From an uncultured Acidobacteriota bacterium (GTDB taxonomy: Bacteria; Acidobacteriota; Blastocatellia; Pyrinomonadales; Pyrinomonadaceae), in NCBI GenBank assembly GCA_963720905.1, contig CAVRHB010000007.1, positions 608,698 to 672,697 on the forward strand: DNA of 64,000 bases, written 5' to 3'. The stretch's first letter is position 1, and the number at the start of each line of letters is the position of its first letter. The notes beneath the pieces were generated by a model. The model ran no database searches, was not told the DNA's origin, and saw only the letters and a program-made list of their open reading frames with translations. The position numbers and the translations under genes are program-made. Positions 18,610 through 27,255 of this stretch are shown here, piece after piece.

Positions 18610-19630
18610 TTAATATTCTGTTCAAACGCGAAAATTTTGTAAATTGATTTAGGTTGTTGCTCGTCGCGACGCTTTCAAAAGCTTTACGGGCAAAACCGCT
18701 TCGCTGCAGACCGTAAGTATCCTTGCGGCTTTCCATCTGCCAGATCTCGCTTAGCCGATCAATATTCTGGTTATAATTATCGATATATTTTGCCCCTATG
18801 GCCGTTTCACGAAGCTTTGCACTAAGCTGCTTCATATTCTCGCCGGCGAGCAAAGTTTTTTCCGCCCCCAAACACGAAAAATCAAAACCGGTGGAAGAAA
18901 TTCGAAACCCCAAAGCATCGCCGCGAATATAGATATCGATCAACGACTCGTCGGACGAAGTTTCAGTTTCGCTTAGAATTTTTGGCTCTTTTTTCTTTCT
19001 GCGTTCCTCGCTTAGTTCGGTTCGGGCAGATAAATGTTTGCCGATAACAATGAGTTCTATGTCGCTGCAAGCAGTTTCGATCTTTCGCGACGTATTAAAA
19101 TCGATTAGCGTTATCTTAGCCGATCCGAATTCCAACCCGCGAAGCCGCACCGGAAGGTCCGCCGGTCTAAGATCCGAGTCCGCCACGATAACTTGGCGCA
19201 CGCCAAGTTCGGCAAGTCTTTCACCGACCATCTCCGCCGCATTCCGCGACTTAAAGCGGGCAAGCGGCAACGGCCCTTTTACTTGTAGAAAATTCGTAAC
19301 CAATTCGGGATCTAGGTGGACAAGTTTTCCGACTTTGGCAAAATTGACATAATCTCCCGTTGTTGAAATGAAGACCACATTAAAGCCATTTTCCCATAGC
19401 TCCGGCTGTATTCGATCGATCGACACCTTCGCTTTCACATCGTCGAGACCGAGAACGGTTCCACAATAGATACATTCAAACCGATCTGGCGAATTTGTCC
19501 GTGCACACTTTGAGCAGGTCAGCAGCTCTTCGCGATCAAAACCTAATTTCTCGGATCGAACCGGCAGGTCGCCGACCTTTTCGGGATCGCTCTTCTTTTC
19601 GTCTCGTAATGTGTTGCCAAACTCCGACAT
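18599..19630 (-). CDS. Hypothetical protein with an N-terminal zinc ribbon.
   Basis: 343 aa. Contains CSKCARTNSPDRFECIYCG. The 3' end overlaps the rlmB start by 11 nt. Confidence 0.5.
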   Translation of the reverse strand: MSEFGNTLRDEKKSDPEKVGDLPVRSEKLGFDREELLTCSKCARTNSPDRFECIYCGTVLGLDDVKAKVSIDRIQPELWENGFNVVFISTTGDYVNFAKVGKLVHLDPELVTNFLQVKGPLPLARFKSRNAAEMVGERLAELGVRQVIVADSDLRPADLPVRLRGLEFGSAKITLIDFNTSRKIETACSDIELIVIGKHLSARTELSEERRKKKEPKILSETETSSDESLIDIYIRGDALGFRISSTGFDFSCLGAEKTLLAGENMKQLSAKLRETAIGAKYIDNYNQNIDRLSEIWQMESRKDTYGLQRSGFARKAFESVATSNNLNQFTKFSRLNRILNEA

Positions 19631-19930
19631 CGGAAAATTTTATCACTATTCCAGCCGAAATGCTTGACCGTTCGTCATTCAAGATGCAAACTATTGATTA
19701 AGCTTTATTGCTTGCGAATGCGTTTATTTTGAACAGATATAGCAAAATTTCAGTATTTATTTATTTAAGAAACCGATAGTTTTTAGAATCAGATAGATTA
19801 ATTGATCAGTTTATTTGCCCGACAAGAAACTTAGAGAATATTGTTCAAACCATCGACGCAAACTGCTTGCGAATGGAGCCTTTACATAAAGCCTGACCAT
19901 GAAGGAATGGCCCGTTTACGAGGTACCAAA

Positions 19931-20551
19931 ATGCAGTTTGACACGACCACAAGCTCCTCATGGAAATTTGGTCATCGCGGCAGGGTTGCCGTTTTTATTG
20001 ACGGAAACAATCTGTTTCACGCCGCCAGATTTCACACTATCGATATCGATTACAATAAATTGCTCCGGCTTTTGCTCGGCGATGGAAGGTTGCTTCGCGC
20101 ATTCTTTTATACGGGCGTGGATACCGGTGCGGAACGCCAACAAGGCTTTCTTCTATGGATGCGACGAAATGGTTTTCGCGTCGTCCAAAAAGAATTGAAG
20201 ACATTTTATGACGGAACACGTAAAGCAAATCTGGATGTCGAGATCGCCGTCGATATGCTCAGCCTTGCAGGCCGTTATGATACCGCCGTCTTGGTTTCGG
20301 GCGACGAAGATTTCGTCTATGCGATCAACGCTGTAGCCTATAAAGGTTGCCGCGTAGAGGTTGCCGGCTTTCGCTCAAACACAGCTCCGCGGCTTATCGA
20401 CGTGGCCGATTTTTTCATAGATCTCGGCGACATAGCCGAATTGATCCGAAAAGATCATTCGCAGTCTGACGAATACGACGTACCATCATTCTTTTCGCCG
20501 GATGAAATGCCGGTTCCCGATATTTTACGAAATACCGAACGCGACGATTAG
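19931..20551 (+). CDS. NYN-domain (LabA/DUF88-like) putative RNase.
   Basis: Motifs RVAVFIDGNNLFHAA...RAFFYTG...KANLDVEIAVDML...AVLVSGDEDFVYAI are present. The start was chosen at MQFDTT with a GAGG RBS. 19907 and 19841 are alternative starts. Confidence 0.75.
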   Translation: MQFDTTTSSSWKFGHRGRVAVFIDGNNLFHAARFHTIDIDYNKLLRLLLGDGRLLRAFFYTGVDTGAERQQGFLLWMRRNGFRVVQKELKTFYDGTRKANLDVEIAVDMLSLAGRYDTAVLVSGDEDFVYAINAVAYKGCRVEVAGFRSNTAPRLIDVADFFIDLGDIAELIRKDHSQSDEYDVPSFFSPDEMPVPDILRNTERDD

Positions 20552-20553
20552 CA

Positions 20554-20937
20554 ATGAAGCTTTTTACGATAACAGAAGCGAACGACCTTTTGCCGCATGT
20601 TAGGGAAGAACTCGAGCGAATGCGATCGTTGTATGCATCGATCGCCGGACTTCGCGAATCTGCAAAAGCGGCGGCGACCGTTTCTAATTTCGGCGGCGGC
20701 ATGATCGGCGGTTCGAATTATGTGCAGAACCTATATGAGGTCGGAAAGATCACGACGGAACTGCACGAACTTGGTGTTCAGCTAAAAGATTACGAAAGCG
20801 GTCTCATTGACTTTCCAGCGATGCACGAAGGCCGTGTCGTTTTGCTCTGCTGGAAACTCGGCGAGCCTGAATTTATCGAATGGTTTCACGAAATCGACGA
20901 TGGTTTCGCCGGCCGCAAGCGAATCGGATCAGACTGA
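20554..20937 (+). CDS. DUF2203-family protein.
   Basis: 127 aa. Contains MKLFTITEANDLLPHV...GLIDFPAMHEGRVVLLCWKLGEPEFIEWFHEIDDGFAGRKRI. Confidence 0.7.
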   Translation: MKLFTITEANDLLPHVREELERMRSLYASIAGLRESAKAAATVSNFGGGMIGGSNYVQNLYEVGKITTELHELGVQLKDYESGLIDFPAMHEGRVVLLCWKLGEPEFIEWFHEIDDGFAGRKRIGSD

Positions 20938-21111
20938 TCGATTTCCACAAATTTTTCCACAAGTTCTCTATCTTCAACATTTTGCGTGTACCAGGCCGGT
21001 AAGGCCTAGAGTTTTCTGCGCTTTACTGTTGACTACTTAAAGTAACTTCTGATATTATCTGCTGGATTTGACCGTGCCAGAAATTTAACAACCAATTCAC
21101 TTAAAATTAAT

Positions 21112-22461
21112 ATGAATTGTCCTGTTTGCAACCGACAGCTCGCCCAAACGTTATCAATCTGTCTTACGTGCGGAACGATGATGAACGATAGCGTACGCGA
21201 AGAAGTCATTTCTAATGGTAATTTGCGCTCGTCGCCCGGGAGTTTGATGGAACAACTAATGATGCCTGAAGTTGAGATGGCGACCATCTCGGCGGCCATT
21301 GCCATCATCCCATCTAGACCGGCGAGAGTTGAGCTTCCCCCGAAACCGCCGGAGCGACCAGTGAGGACTGAAACCATGGAGTTCGAATCGAAAAAGACTA
21401 GTCAGACACTGAAAGATTTTCAGAACAAGAATGCGGCAATGCCGGATTGGCGGATCCAATTGCAAAATTCCGTACGTCAGCGAAAAAATGCAGATGACGA
21501 GAACGCTCGAGGCGAAGGCATCACTGAGATCAAGAAGAAAACCACAACGAGCGGAGCAAATGCCCTAAAACCGCAGTTCGTTGAAGAGACGATCGAGATC
21601 GAGCACGAAGACCCGCGTGTTGCAAATGCCCTGAAACGCATCGAAGAATCGAGGCGTGCCTTTATGCGTTCGCAGGAACCTCATACAAAGTTGCCGCCGC
21701 CGCGACAAGCAAAGCCTAACTATCCTTTTAATGTAGTTTCGCGTTCACCGTCCGTCGAGCCGCTGGAAAATAAAGCGGAGCCGGCAGCTGAAGCAAAACC
21801 AAACCGAGTCTCATCGCTTCGAATCGAGAAGAAAAATTTTGATACTAATAAACTGCCGAAAATTCCAAAACCTGTCGAGCCGGCTTCCGCTTTTGAAAGG
21901 CCGCAGCTGATCGAAAGCGCTAATATCGCCGAGGCGAAAATTCACCTTGGCAATGAGCCGAAGTTGGACGAAGCCGCGATGAAGGAACTCGATGATCTGC
22001 ATTTCGAAATGGAGAGCCAGATCGACGCGGTAACAGCAAAAGAAGAAACTGACGATCTGGCAACAATTTCAATGCGATTCGGTGCAGGTCTTTTTGATGC
22101 GATCATCGCTGGATTTGCCGGGCTGATATTTCTATCGCCGTTGGCGTTCAGTGCCGAAAGCTGGTTTACCACCGGCGGCCTTCTTGCGTTTGCTGGTGCG
22201 TTCTGCATGATGATGTTCTTATATTCAACTGCGTCGCTTGCCCGATTCGGCAGAACGATCGGAATGAAACTTTTCGGGATTGAATTGATCGACGTTTCGG
22301 ATAATGTTTATCCGACGTTCCAACAATCGGCAATTAGTTCTGGTGTTTATTTAGCATCGCTGCTGCTTGCCGGCATTGGCTTTGCACCGATGATCGTTAA
22401 CCGCGAAAAACGAGCTCTTCACGATCTGGTTTCCGGAACGATCATAGTCCGCGAGGTCTAA
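21112..22461 (+). CDS. Zinc-ribbon plus RDD-domain membrane protein.
   Basis: The N-terminus is MNCPVCNRQL...CLTCG. The middle is long and disordered. The C-terminal RDD-type region contains RFGAGLFDAIIAGFAGLIF...GRTIGMKLFGIELI...RALHDLVSGTIIV. Confidence 0.65.
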   Translation: MNCPVCNRQLAQTLSICLTCGTMMNDSVREEVISNGNLRSSPGSLMEQLMMPEVEMATISAAIAIIPSRPARVELPPKPPERPVRTETMEFESKKTSQTLKDFQNKNAAMPDWRIQLQNSVRQRKNADDENARGEGITEIKKKTTTSGANALKPQFVEETIEIEHEDPRVANALKRIEESRRAFMRSQEPHTKLPPPRQAKPNYPFNVVSRSPSVEPLENKAEPAAEAKPNRVSSLRIEKKNFDTNKLPKIPKPVEPASAFERPQLIESANIAEAKIHLGNEPKLDEAAMKELDDLHFEMESQIDAVTAKEETDDLATISMRFGAGLFDAIIAGFAGLIFLSPLAFSAESWFTTGGLLAFAGAFCMMMFLYSTASLARFGRTIGMKLFGIELIDVSDNVYPTFQQSAISSGVYLASLLLAGIGFAPMIVNREKRALHDLVSGTIIVREV

Positions 22462-22485
22462 TTTTTTACGACTAACATTTTTCCT

Positions 22486-22530
22486 GTCCAGAACCGAAAC
22501 ACCAACGGTTTTGGACTTTTTCTTTTTTTT
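22486..22530 (+). terminator. Intrinsic terminator after the RDD gene.
   Basis: 11-bp stem GTCCAGAACCG (22486-22496) pairs with CGGTTTTGGAC (22506-22516). It is followed by TTTTTCTTTTTTTT. Confidence 0.7.
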
Positions 22531-22547
22531 ATACATAGAATTAAAAC

Positions 22548-23988
22548 GTGGACATTGCGACGATCGCAGCGGTAACCGAAGAACTTAAGCAACGCCTTGT
22601 CGGCGGCATCTTTGCCCGCGTCTTTCAGCTTTCAAAATATAGTTTCGCGATCGATCTGCAGCTGACGAATTCCCTGTATCTTTTCGTTAGCGCGGAAGCT
22701 TCCGAACCGCGAGCCTATCTAATAAGACGGCGCCAACGCGATCTGGAGCGTTCGAGCGGAACGCCCGGACAATTTGCTTTATTGATGCTAAGGCGTTTGT
22801 CCGGAGCGGTAATTAGTATAGTAGAACAGATCACTGACGAACGAATTGTTAAAATAGGCTTTGCTGAAGCGGGAGAATTAGCCCGGAATGAAAAGCTAGA
22901 TCTGATCATCCAACTAACCGGCCGTTCGGCAAATCTTTTTCTCCTTGATGCCGAAGGTTTCATCATCGATTCGGTTCGTGAAAATCACGGTGCCGGCCAA
23001 GAGATCGGTACAAAATTTGCACCGCCGGAACGCCCGCTTTTACAAAAACAGGCCGAGCAGATCGAACCGGCGAAAGGTTCTATTTCCGCCGAACTCGATG
23101 ATTATTATTTAGATCAAAAAGCTGAACGCGAATTTCGCTCGCTTGCCGGATCGGCCGAAGCAAAACTTTCGGCCGAGATCGCAAAAAGAAAAAAGCTCAT
23201 CCGCAATTTGAAACAAGATCTTGTCCGACACGGCGACGCCGACAAATGGAAACGCTACGGCGATCTGCTGTTGGCAAATGTCGCGACGGCAAACCGCATG
23301 GATGGAAAAATAACGGTTGTCGATTATTTTGACGAAGATCTCGCGGAAATTTCGATCGAAGCCGACGAGAACGAATCGATCACCGAGGCGGCGGAAAATT
23401 ATTTTAAGCGGTACACAAAATCCCGTAATGCCGCCGAAGAGATCGCTGCTTCGGCTTAGCTCTGTGACAAAAGAGATCGATCGGTTAGATAGCAAAATGG
23501 TCGAGCTGCAAAGCGCCATCGAAACCCGCGATGTCGATCGGCTCTCCGAATTCGCCGGCAAAACCGGACGAGCCGGCGAACGAAAAGTCTCAAAGAAAAA
23601 GCCCGAGACCTCGAGCGAATACCGTGATTTTATTTCGTCCGACGGGTTTGAAATTTTGGTCGGGAAAAAAGCAAAGGACAATGATTTCCTTACGTTTCGC
23701 TTAGCAAAATCGCTTGATACTTGGATGCACGCGGCTGATTATCCGGGCTCGCATGTCGTAATTCGCAATCCGAATCGAAGGGATATTCCGCAGCGAACGC
23801 TACTCGAAGCTGCAAAATTGGCGGCCTTTTACAGTCAGGGTAAAACCCAAACAAAAGCCGCCGTCCATTACACTCAAAAGAAATTTGTCAATAAACCAAA
23901 AGGAGCCGCACCTGGTTTGGTCAGTTTGGCAAGTTTTAAAACTCTGCTCGTTGAACCGGGTTTTCCCGATCTACCGGAAAAGAAATAA
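22548..23988 (+). pseudogene. rqcH: RqcH/NFACT-family (FbpA-like, DUF814) ribosome quality-control protein. The frame is interrupted near 23450 as sequenced.
   Basis: NFACT-N reads MDIATIAAVTEELKQRLVGGIFARVFQ...LIIQLTGRSANLFLLD. The first ORF ends ...AAEEIAASA*. The second frame resumes RLSSVTKEIDRLDSKM and carries FEILVGKKAKDNDFLTF...WMHAADYPGSHVVI. Confidence 0.75.
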
Positions 23989-24558
23989 CTAGTGTGCTGC
24001 GGTAACGACCTTGCCAACAGTGGCTTTCATCTTCGCTATCTCAGATTCGGAACCGCCAAGAAACACACCGCGAAGAGTGCCGTCGCGACCGATCAGAAGG
24101 CTCTGCGGAATGCCTTCATTTTTTGTAAGTTTAACGATATCCACCTGCATCGCCGTTGGTGCCAGCGTTAATGTGTAATTCAGATTTTGTTGCTTAGCGA
24201 ACGCTTTGATCATATCCGGCGTATCGCCATCGTTCGTGTTCAGCCCGATGATCTCAAATCCCTGATCGCGATATTTATCCTGCAATTTTACAAGTTCAGG
24301 CATCTCATCGCGGCACGGTCCGCACCACGTCGCCCACATATTTAATAGCAAAACGCTACCTTTTTTATCAGCAACCTTAAATGTAGATCCATCTAAATTT
24401 TCAACATCTGCCTGCGCGATCGACGCCTGCAAAGGCGGGTAATCCGAACTCGGCTGGTCATTAGGCGCAGAGCTTGCCCCACCGCATGACGCAGCAAAAA
24501 CAGCCGCCAAAACAAAAACCGCAATCAATATTATTTTTGTAAAATTCATGTATTTCAT
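23989..24558 (-). CDS. TlpA/ResA-like thiol-disulfide oxidoreductase (secreted or lipoprotein).
   Basis: A signal peptide with a Cys (VFAASCGG) is present, along with WATWCGPCRDEMPELVKL. The start overlaps the stop of the upstream ABC gene. Confidence 0.8.
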   Translation of the reverse strand: MKYMNFTKIILIAVFVLAAVFAASCGGASSAPNDQPSSDYPPLQASIAQADVENLDGSTFKVADKKGSVLLLNMWATWCGPCRDEMPELVKLQDKYRDQGFEIIGLNTNDGDTPDMIKAFAKQQNLNYTLTLAPTAMQVDIVKLTKNEGIPQSLLIGRDGTLRGVFLGGSESEIAKMKATVGKVVTAAH

Positions 24559-27119
24559 CTTATATCTCTGATCCTAAGCACGATCGCCGTACCGAAGACC
24601 GTAAATAAAAACATTAGCATCAATACTATCTGATTTAAAACATCGCTCATCCACGGATGCAAAAATGTTACGTATCCGCTTAGATTCTCCGGTAGTTTTT
24701 TTGGTTCGCTCAGATCTGGAATATCAGACATCATCGGGGCAGACATAGATGAGCTGTCGCGAAAATCCTGTTGCGCTTTTTTTCGGAGATCATCAAGTTC
24801 CTGCCGCGATTCGGCGATCGAAGCATCGTTTTCCGATTCGATAAATTTATAAAGCCCAAGGCCTTTTGTCGCTCCGTTATGTTTTGCTCCTTCGGGTTCT
24901 AAAGTGTCGAGCGTCGAAAACCGCTTGATCGTATCGAAGGACCACGCGCCCGGCATAGCCATACTCACGACCTTGGTCGCCCCGGTCGGAACGCCCGCCA
25001 AGCCTGAGAATAAAAGCTGCGGTATCAATATCAACGGCACAATACTGGTCGCCATTTCCTGCGTCCTCACGATCGCCGAAACGAATAATCCGACGGATAT
25101 CCCAACCGCTGCCGTCAAGAGCATCGCCCAAAATTGGGGAATTCCGAAAAGCTCGCCCGGCATAAAGATCACACCCGCAAGATCCAGCAATTTCAGAGGG
25201 ATAAAAACAAGTGAACATTGGATCGCAACAATTATTGCTATTACCGTCAGTTTTGAGAACAGATACGGAAGCACACCCAGATTGAACATTCGTTCGCGGA
25301 TATAGATCGGTCGTTCACGAACGATCTCACGTGCCGAAACCGAAGTGCCGAACCAAACTGCGACGATCGCGATAACAAAATAGAGAAAATCCCTCGGCCG
25401 ATCCGGGTCGGTTACGATGAACGTCATGAGCGCCAAGACTGGAGCCTGAGCGATCAAAATGAACAGATTCAAACGGTCCTTGAGAAGCACTTCCAAGTAC
25501 CGCCGCGAAAGTAAAAGCCATTGCCGGATCGCACCGAAAATTCCGAGCCTAGATTTTTTTCGCTGACCGCCGGCGCTGTTTTCCTTGCCGATGCCGGCGA
25601 GTGGTTTTTCGATCAGTTCGGTAAACTCGGGGGTTGCGGCAAAGCGGTGTTTCAATTCTTCTGCGTTCGTTTCCGGAGCTTCGATCTTGTCATAAAGTTC
25701 ACGAAGATCCGTTGCTCCAAAATAACCCAACGCGTCGCTTGGCTTTCCATAAAATGCGAGCTTTCCGCCCATCAGCACGACGATCTTGTCAAAAAGCCGC
25801 ACATTTTCCATCGCGTGCGTTGTCATAACAACAGTTCTGCCTGATTCCGCGATCTGGCGGAAAAGCTTCATGATCTTTGCTTCTGTCGAAGGATCCAGAC
25901 CTGAGGTCGGTTCATCAAGAAAGATTACGGACGGCTTTGTGATCAATTCCACAGCGATCGAAACACGTTTTCGCTGACCGCCCGAAAGAAGCTTGACCGG
26001 CGAATCACGTTTTTCCGTTAATCCGGTCACATCCAAGATCTCTTCGATCAGCTGCTTTATCTCTGCGGTCGAAACATCGCGCGAAAGCCGCAATTTCGCA
26101 ACATAAAAAAGCGTGCGATAAACGCTCAATTCGCGGTGTATAATATCTTCCTGCGGAACATAGCCGATTGCTTGTTTGAGCGAATCAAAATGACTGTAAA
26201 GGTCGAGATCGTTGATCCGCACGCTGCCGCTGTTTGCCGGACGCATGCCGTTCAGAGCTTCGATCAACGTAGATTTGCCCGCACCCGACGGACCGAGAAT
26301 ACCAATAAATTCATTCGGTTCGATCGCCAGCGAAATGTCGTCAAGCAGTCGAATTTTTCCGGCCGTTCGGACAAGGTGTGCGGCATCCACACGCGTCTTT
26401 GATCGCGAATCAAAAACACCCGCCGTTCCCGATGCATCAATGCGGATAACGAAAGCGCCGATCTGGATCGAATCTTCCGGCGTGATGGCCGAGCTCGAAA
26501 CGCGCGATCCATTCACGAAAACACCGTTCGTCGAATTTAGGTCCTCAACAGAAAACCCGCCTTGGATCTGTTTTAGCCGGGCATGCTGATTCGAGATGCC
26601 TAAGCCGTCCAGCGGAATATCATTACTTGCGTCGCGTCCGACCGTTAGAATGCCGTTATGTCCGAAGTTTAGAGATCTAATTAATTTTGGCTGCCCGCTT
26701 TTTTCAAGTTTAGAGGAAATTGCGGTCTTTTCGAGGTTAAAGACCATCGTTTTCGAAGCATCAATAGTGGCGGGTGTTTGCTTCGGCATCGCGCCCGTTT
26801 CACGAAGATGAAACTTCAACACCGGCCCGCCTAACCCCAACTGAACCTCGTCGCCATCCGAAACCGCAGTCGGCGACGATATCCGCTGACCGTTCACCAA
26901 GGTTCCGTTAAAGCTATTGTTATCGACGACCCGGCACAGCCCGTCGGAGAATTGGATCTCGGCGTGCTTGCGCGAGACCGTAACGGCGGACGCATCGAAT
27001 GTGATCTCGCATTTCGGGTCGCGGCCGATCCAATTTGAACTTTTTTCGAAAGAAAACGGCTCGCGACCGGGGATGTTTTTAAATTCTATTGAACGCATTC
27101 CGTTTGCGGGACACGGCAT
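24555..27119 (-). CDS. ABC transporter with two N-terminal FHA domains, one NBD and a C-terminal ABC-2 type permease.
   Basis: FHA1 reads WIGRDPKCEI...VSRKHAEI...NSFNGTLVNG. FHA2 reads TVGRDASNDI...ISNQHARL...NSTNGVFVNG. The NBD has GPSGAGKST, LSGGQRKRVSIA and IFLDEPTSGLD. About 6 C-terminal transmembrane helices follow. Confidence 0.85.
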   Translation of the reverse strand: MPCPANGMRSIEFKNIPGREPFSFEKSSNWIGRDPKCEITFDASAVTVSRKHAEIQFSDGLCRVVDNNSFNGTLVNGQRISSPTAVSDGDEVQLGLGGPVLKFHLRETGAMPKQTPATIDASKTMVFNLEKTAISSKLEKSGQPKLIRSLNFGHNGILTVGRDASNDIPLDGLGISNQHARLKQIQGGFSVEDLNSTNGVFVNGSRVSSSAITPEDSIQIGAFVIRIDASGTAGVFDSRSKTRVDAAHLVRTAGKIRLLDDISLAIEPNEFIGILGPSGAGKSTLIEALNGMRPANSGSVRINDLDLYSHFDSLKQAIGYVPQEDIIHRELSVYRTLFYVAKLRLSRDVSTAEIKQLIEEILDVTGLTEKRDSPVKLLSGGQRKRVSIAVELITKPSVIFLDEPTSGLDPSTEAKIMKLFRQIAESGRTVVMTTHAMENVRLFDKIVVLMGGKLAFYGKPSDALGYFGATDLRELYDKIEAPETNAEELKHRFAATPEFTELIEKPLAGIGKENSAGGQRKKSRLGIFGAIRQWLLLSRRYLEVLLKDRLNLFILIAQAPVLALMTFIVTDPDRPRDFLYFVIAIVAVWFGTSVSAREIVRERPIYIRERMFNLGVLPYLFSKLTVIAIIVAIQCSLVFIPLKLLDLAGVIFMPGELFGIPQFWAMLLTAAVGISVGLFVSAIVRTQEMATSIVPLILIPQLLFSGLAGVPTGATKVVSMAMPGAWSFDTIKRFSTLDTLEPEGAKHNGATKGLGLYKFIESENDASIAESRQELDDLRKKAQQDFRDSSSMSAPMMSDIPDLSEPKKLPENLSGYVTFLHPWMSDVLNQIVLMLMFLFTVFGTAIVLRIRDIR

Positions 27120-27255
27120 GATATAGACCGGTTGCCGCTTTCATCTCTAGTAGTTAGTGCAACGACGGCTCATCTCAGATCCCATTTTAGATTTTATTGA
27201 TAGATTTCGGATCAGATATAGAAAAAAAACGAAAACCTTGTAACCCGCAACCTGC

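Noticed and set aside
20942-20962. TTTCCACAA repeated twice with a 12-nt period, downstream of the DUF2203 gene.
   Set aside because: There are only two short, T-rich copies in an AT-rich spacer. That is too little information to separate it from chance.
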